From Candidatus Iainarchaeum sp. (GTDB lineage: Archaea > Iainarchaeota > Iainarchaeia > Iainarchaeales > JAZDFD01), in contig JAZDFD010000024.1 in the NCBI GenBank assembly GCA_043808155.1, positions 1 through 64,000 on the forward strand: a stretch of 64,000 nucleotides of DNA, written 5' to 3'. The notes below the pieces were generated by a model. The model worked only from the letters and a program-made list of their open reading frames with translations, did not search any database and was not told the origin of the DNA. This document shows positions 59,823 to 64,000 of this stretch, in pieces. The position numbers and the translations under genes were made by a program. Every line of letters starts with the position of its first letter. Position 1 is the stretch's first letter.

Positions 59823-60629
59823 GTGAGTGTAATGAACAAAAATCTGTTTAGAATCGTGGTTTTAATTGCGATTTCTGCGCTTTTAGTGAATAATGTCTGT
59901 GCACTTAGTTATTCAATTCTAAATCACACTATTGAAATTTCAGTTAATGACACAGGAAATGCAGATGTTGTTGAGAGATTTAAGTTTTATTTTCCAAGTA
60001 TGGCACAACGTGAAGAATTCAAACAAACAAGTCAAACCATAGGTCTTGATTTGGAAAAATGGGAAACGCTTGACCCTAAAATAACAACCTACATTGGGAA
60101 AGGCAGGTATACTATACAAAATATAAGCGTTGGTTTTGATGAAAGCTCGGAGTCACTTGAACTTAAATATTCTCTTCTTGAACCAATAATGGAAAAAATT
60201 GAAGAAACTTCAAGAGTTACGAAATATTCATTAAAAGCAAATGCATTTTCTGCTTCATTTGATGCAGGTGATTTGTGGAAAATTCCTGTTAATACAACAA
60301 TAAGACTTATTCTTCCAACTAATACTGAATTAACAAAGACACCAAGTCCGGAAGCATCAATATTTGAAAATAAAATTGCATGGGAAGGATACAAAACTTC
60401 AAACAAACTTGAATTGGAATATGATCTCATAAAAGACATTGCACCCACTTTTGACATTGCAAAAGTTTTATTGAGTTTGACTTCCAGCAATTTGTTTATT
60501 CCTGTAATCGGAATTCTTGCACTTGTTGCAATTGTTATTTATGTGAAACGCAGTGAAATAAATTCAAAAATTGAAAATTATGTTATTAAACATTCAGAAA
60601 TTGTCCCTGACGAAGAACATTTTGAATAA
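59823..60629 (+). CDS. Secreted / C-terminally membrane-anchored hypothetical protein
   Basis: N-terminal signal peptide and C-terminal TM helix. Confidence 0.75.
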   Translation: MSVMNKNLFRIVVLIAISALLVNNVCALSYSILNHTIEISVNDTGNADVVERFKFYFPSMAQREEFKQTSQTIGLDLEKWETLDPKITTYIGKGRYTIQNISVGFDESSESLELKYSLLEPIMEKIEETSRVTKYSLKANAFSASFDAGDLWKIPVNTTIRLILPTNTELTKTPSPEASIFENKIAWEGYKTSNKLELEYDLIKDIAPTFDIAKVLLSLTSSNLFIPVIGILALVAIVIYVKRSEINSKIENYVIKHSEIVPDEEHFE

Positions 60630-60651
60630 TCACGTTAATTCTGTTTTCTTG

Positions 60652-61146
60652 TTAGCTCTGCCGTCTTGTTAATTCTGAACCGCAAACATCACAAATTTCA
60701 TTTTTCGTGTCAGGACTGAATTTTTTCCCGCAGGATCTGCATTTTACTGAAAAAGAAATTATTCTTGAGATTCCTTTTTGGGAAATTGAATTATATGGGA
60801 TTTTCAGTAACTTCAGGAAATTTTGAATTGAGTAATCATCAGTTAATACTTTGAATTCCTTTTTTGAGTCATAGAATTCTGATGCAAGTGCAATAAGACT
60901 TAGGTCTTGTTTGCTCATTTTATTAAATCCGTGCTTTGAAACATTTTCTGAAATTTTTTTGATTGTTTCTTCAGAAGGATCCTGGATTTTTAATATGCCC
61001 TGCGCAAGTGCATTTTCTGCAATATATTTTATTGACATTTCTTTCAATTCTGAAAAAATCAGAGAGGTTGTAATATATTTATTTTCAGCTCTGAATTCAA
61101 AATTTGGGCTATTTATAAGTGCCGAAGCATCTAGTAAATAAAGCAT
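60652..61146 (-). CDS. nob1: Nob1 family PIN endonuclease
   Basis: LLDASA, S..D, LTDDYSIQN, C..C...C..CG zinc ribbon. Confidence 0.92.
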   Translation of the reverse strand: MLYLLDASALINSPNFEFRAENKYITTSLIFSELKEMSIKYIAENALAQGILKIQDPSEETIKKISENVSKHGFNKMSKQDLSLIALASEFYDSKKEFKVLTDDYSIQNFLKLLKIPYNSISQKGISRIISFSVKCRSCGKKFSPDTKNEICDVCGSELTRRQS

Positions 61147-61233
61147 AATTCAATTATACTTAATAGTCTTTTATAAATAACCCTCTTATATATAGAAATA
61201 GAGTTATAGAAAATAGAGGCAAAAAGTGAGAAA

Positions 61234-62718
61234 ATGAATACCGAAGATGTTGCAGCTTCACTGAGTGGAATTGAGGTTTCAGTACTCAAAGTGCTCAAAG
61301 ACGGAACCGAGAGAAATGAACATCAAATTGCAGAAGACGGTAAAATAAATCTGGATTCTGTCAGACGTGCAACTGCATGGCTTGGTGAAAAAAAACTTCT
61401 TGATGTAAGTGAAATGAAAGAAGTGATTTTTAATTTGAGTGACGAAGGTAAAAAAGTTGTTGACTCTGGTTTGCCGGAACAGAGAATGCTAAAAGTGCTT
61501 TCTGGAAAAGGGAAACTGAATTTTAAAGAAGCACTTAAGAAAAGCAACCTAGATGGCAGGGAATTTAATGTTGCACTTGGTTTGAACAAAAAAAATGCAT
61601 TTATTATTGTTTCAAAATCAGGAAATGAAACATTTATTGAACTTACAGAAGTTGCAAAGGAATTTATGCAGAACGGAACAGACTCTGAAAAATTTCTGAG
61701 AGAAATTAAATCGGAAAGTAAAACAAAATCTGCGCTTTCTGAAAAAGAAACAGAAGTTGCAGCTGAACTTTTGAAAAGAGGACTTGTTATTGAAAAAACA
61801 CAGACAGAACGAACTGCAAAAATAAATTCAAATGGAAAAGACGCATTAGATTTTGCTTCAAAAAACAAATCCCGCAGTTTCAATATTGAAGGGAAAGTTC
61901 CTGTTTTTAATATTGGCAAGAAACATCCCTATATTCAATTCTTGCTTCAGATAAGAAGAAAATTAACAGAACTTGGATTTAAGGAAATGAGCGTACCATT
62001 AGTGGTTACAGAATTTTATAATTTTGATGTTCTTTTCCAGCCTCAAAATCATCCTGCAAGAACCTGGAGTGACACTTATCAACTGAAATATCCTAAAACA
62101 GGAAAACTTCCAGATAAAAAAATTGTTAATGCAATAAAACAGGCACATGAAACCGGAGGCAGAACAGGGAGCAAGGGGTGGGGTTATGACTGGAGTGAAA
62201 GTGTTGCATCCAGATTAATGCCTAACGCACACGGTACTTCCGGAAGTGCAAGACAAATTGTTGAGGGCGTTGAAATTCCCGGAAAGTATTTTGCAATTTC
62301 CAGATGTTACAGACCAGATGTTGTTGATGCAACTCACTTAAATGAATTCAACCAGATGGAAGGGTTTATTGTTGATGAAAGTTTTACTTTCAAAAATCTT
62401 CTCGGAATGCTGAAGCAGTTTGCAATAGAAATTGCAGGCGCAGAAAAAGTGAAATTCTATCCTGATTATTATCCATTTACTGAACCCTCAGTACAGCTGA
62501 GTGCAAAGCATCCTGATTTGGGATGGATTGAATTTGGTGGTGCGGGAATTTTCAGACCTGAAATGACAGAAAATCTCGGAGTTAAAGCCCCCATACTTGC
62601 ATGGGGTTTGGGGATTGACAGATTAGCAATGTTCAAACTTGGAATTAATGATATCAGATATTTATTCAGTCAGGATTTGGAATGGCTGAGAAGAAGCAAA
62701 GTAGTGAGAGTAGAGTGA
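61234..62718 (+). CDS. pheS: Phenylalanine--tRNA ligase alpha subunit
   Basis: NFDVLFQPQNHPAR, EFNQMEG, YYPFTEPS, GAGIFRPE, WGLGIDRLAM. Confidence 0.97.
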   Translation: MNTEDVAASLSGIEVSVLKVLKDGTERNEHQIAEDGKINLDSVRRATAWLGEKKLLDVSEMKEVIFNLSDEGKKVVDSGLPEQRMLKVLSGKGKLNFKEALKKSNLDGREFNVALGLNKKNAFIIVSKSGNETFIELTEVAKEFMQNGTDSEKFLREIKSESKTKSALSEKETEVAAELLKRGLVIEKTQTERTAKINSNGKDALDFASKNKSRSFNIEGKVPVFNIGKKHPYIQFLLQIRRKLTELGFKEMSVPLVVTEFYNFDVLFQPQNHPARTWSDTYQLKYPKTGKLPDKKIVNAIKQAHETGGRTGSKGWGYDWSESVASRLMPNAHGTSGSARQIVEGVEIPGKYFAISRCYRPDVVDATHLNEFNQMEGFIVDESFTFKNLLGMLKQFAIEIAGAEKVKFYPDYYPFTEPSVQLSAKHPDLGWIEFGGAGIFRPEMTENLGVKAPILAWGLGIDRLAMFKLGINDIRYLFSQDLEWLRRSKVVRVE

Positions 62719-62728
62719 GGAATTAGAT

Positions 62729-64000
62729 ATGCCCACGGTAGAAACATCAAAAAAAGATTTGGAAAAATTGTGCGGAATGAAATTTACAAAAGAGAAATTA
62801 GAGACTGCACTACTTTTTGCAAAAGGTGAATTAGATGGGATTGACGGAGATACTCTGAAAATTGACATTAAAGATGCAAACAGACCTGACCTCTGGAGTA
62901 TTGAGGGAATTGCTCGTGTGATAAAAGCAGGTTATGGTAAAAGTAAGGGAGTTCCGAAATGGAAAATGAAAAATTCAGGTGTTGATGTTTTTATTGAAAA
63001 AAGTGTTTCGAAATCACGTCCCTATATTACATGCGCAATTGTGAAAAATGTCAGAGTTACTGAAGACCTTTTGATTCAGATGATTCAGCTTCAGGAAAAA
63101 GTCGGCGATAGTTATGGCCGGAAGAGAGCGGAAGTCGGAATCGGGTTATATGATTTTGATAAATTAAAACCTCCGATTTATTACAGAGGTTATAAACCAA
63201 AAGATCTTGAATTTGTTCCTTTGGAATTTAAAGTTCCAATGCGACTTGATGAAATTTTAATGAAACATCCAAAAGGAATCAAATACGCGCATTTGCTGAA
63301 GGGCAAGGAAAATTATCCTATTGTGATTGATTCTGCAAATGTCGTTGCTTCAATGCCACCTATAATTAATTCAGAAACAACTGGGAAAGTTGATGACAAA
63401 ACTAAAAATATTTTTATTGAATGCACTGGTTTTGACTGGGAAAGGGTAAATGTTGCACTGAATGTAATTATTTCTGCATTTTTAGAACGCGGGGCACAAG
63501 TAGAAACAACAAAAATTCATTTACCAAATGGTAAAGTTAAAGTTACACCTGATTTCACACCGGGAAAAATTAAAATTGATTTGAAATATGTGAATAAAAT
63601 TTCAGGTTTGGGTTTGAAGATAAATGAGGTTGTGAAACTTTTGCAGAATTCAAATTATGATGTTAAGGCAAAAGGCAATTCATTAGACGTGTCTTATCCT
63701 GCATATCGTCAGGATATTTTACATCCAGTTGATGTTGTTGAAGATATTATTATTGCATATGGCTACAATGAAATTGAGCCTGAACTTGTGAAAGTCTCAA
63801 CAAAGGGAAATGAAAGCGCCGAAGCAATTGAAATTGATTTAGTAAGAAATGTTTGTGTTGGACTGGGTTTGCAGGAAGTTCTGACTTTTACATTAGTTTC
63901 TAAAGAAGCTCAGGAAACTAAAATGAATCTTAAGGATGTTAAATTTGTTGAAATTGAAAACCCAGTATCTGAAAACTGGTGTGTATTTAGAAAAAGTATA
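62729..64000 (+). CDS. pheT: Phenylalanine--tRNA ligase beta subunit (runs off right edge)
   Basis: Manual translation MPTVETS...DANRPDLWSIEGIAR, SMPPIINS, RQDILHPVDVVED; follows pheS. Confidence 0.95.
   Translation, partial: MPTVETSKKDLEKLCGMKFTKEKLETALLFAKGELDGIDGDTLKIDIKDANRPDLWSIEGIARVIKAGYGKSKGVPKWKMKNSGVDVFIEKSVSKSRPYITCAIVKNVRVTEDLLIQMIQLQEKVGDSYGRKRAEVGIGLYDFDKLKPPIYYRGYKPKDLEFVPLEFKVPMRLDEILMKHPKGIKYAHLLKGKENYPIVIDSANVVASMPPIINSETTGKVDDKTKNIFIECTGFDWERVNVALNVIISAFLERGAQVETTKIHLPNGKVKVTPDFTPGKIKIDLKYVNKISGLGLKINEVVKLLQNSNYDVKAKGNSLDVSYPAYRQDILHPVDVVEDIIIAYGYNEIEPELVKVSTKGNESAEAIEIDLVRNVCVGLGLQEVLTFTLVSKEAQETKMNLKDVKFVEIENPVSENWCVFRKSI

Noticed and set aside
947-62868. Numerous 60-200 aa ORFs antisense to or nested in identified genes (e.g. 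7006-7554, 14913-15350, 53428-53856, 61323-61919)
   Set aside because: They have the F/S/I/L-rich composition typical of reverse-frame shadows of Lys/Glu-rich genes and show no motifs.

Overview
Core chromosomal region of an AT-rich archaeon. The gene set and S-layer signal peptide style suggest a DPANN lineage such as Diapherotrites/Iainarchaeota (inference). It is mostly housekeeping: replication (MCM, Topo VI, two PCNAs, PriSL, GINS), translation (aIF1A/2a/2b, aRF1, L10e, S27e, MetRS, PheST, tRNA-Cys), POR plus ADP-forming acetate-CoA ligase, and an S-layer gene. A tyrosine integrase runs off the left edge. The window has four inteins: two in MCM, one in Top6A, and one in LonB. The main finding is that the LonB protease gene is broken into two separately translated halves by a naturally split intein (134-aa IntN, 39-aa IntC). 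The halves are separated by about 2 kb holding a free-standing LAGLIDADG endonuclease, a Zn-dependent phospholipase-C-like gene and an unannotated 37-aa membrane peptide. Several unexplained structured-RNA-like elements, a catalytically degenerate ThiI and tandem divergent PCNA paralogs are also noted. All calls come from motif recognition by eye; no searches were run.
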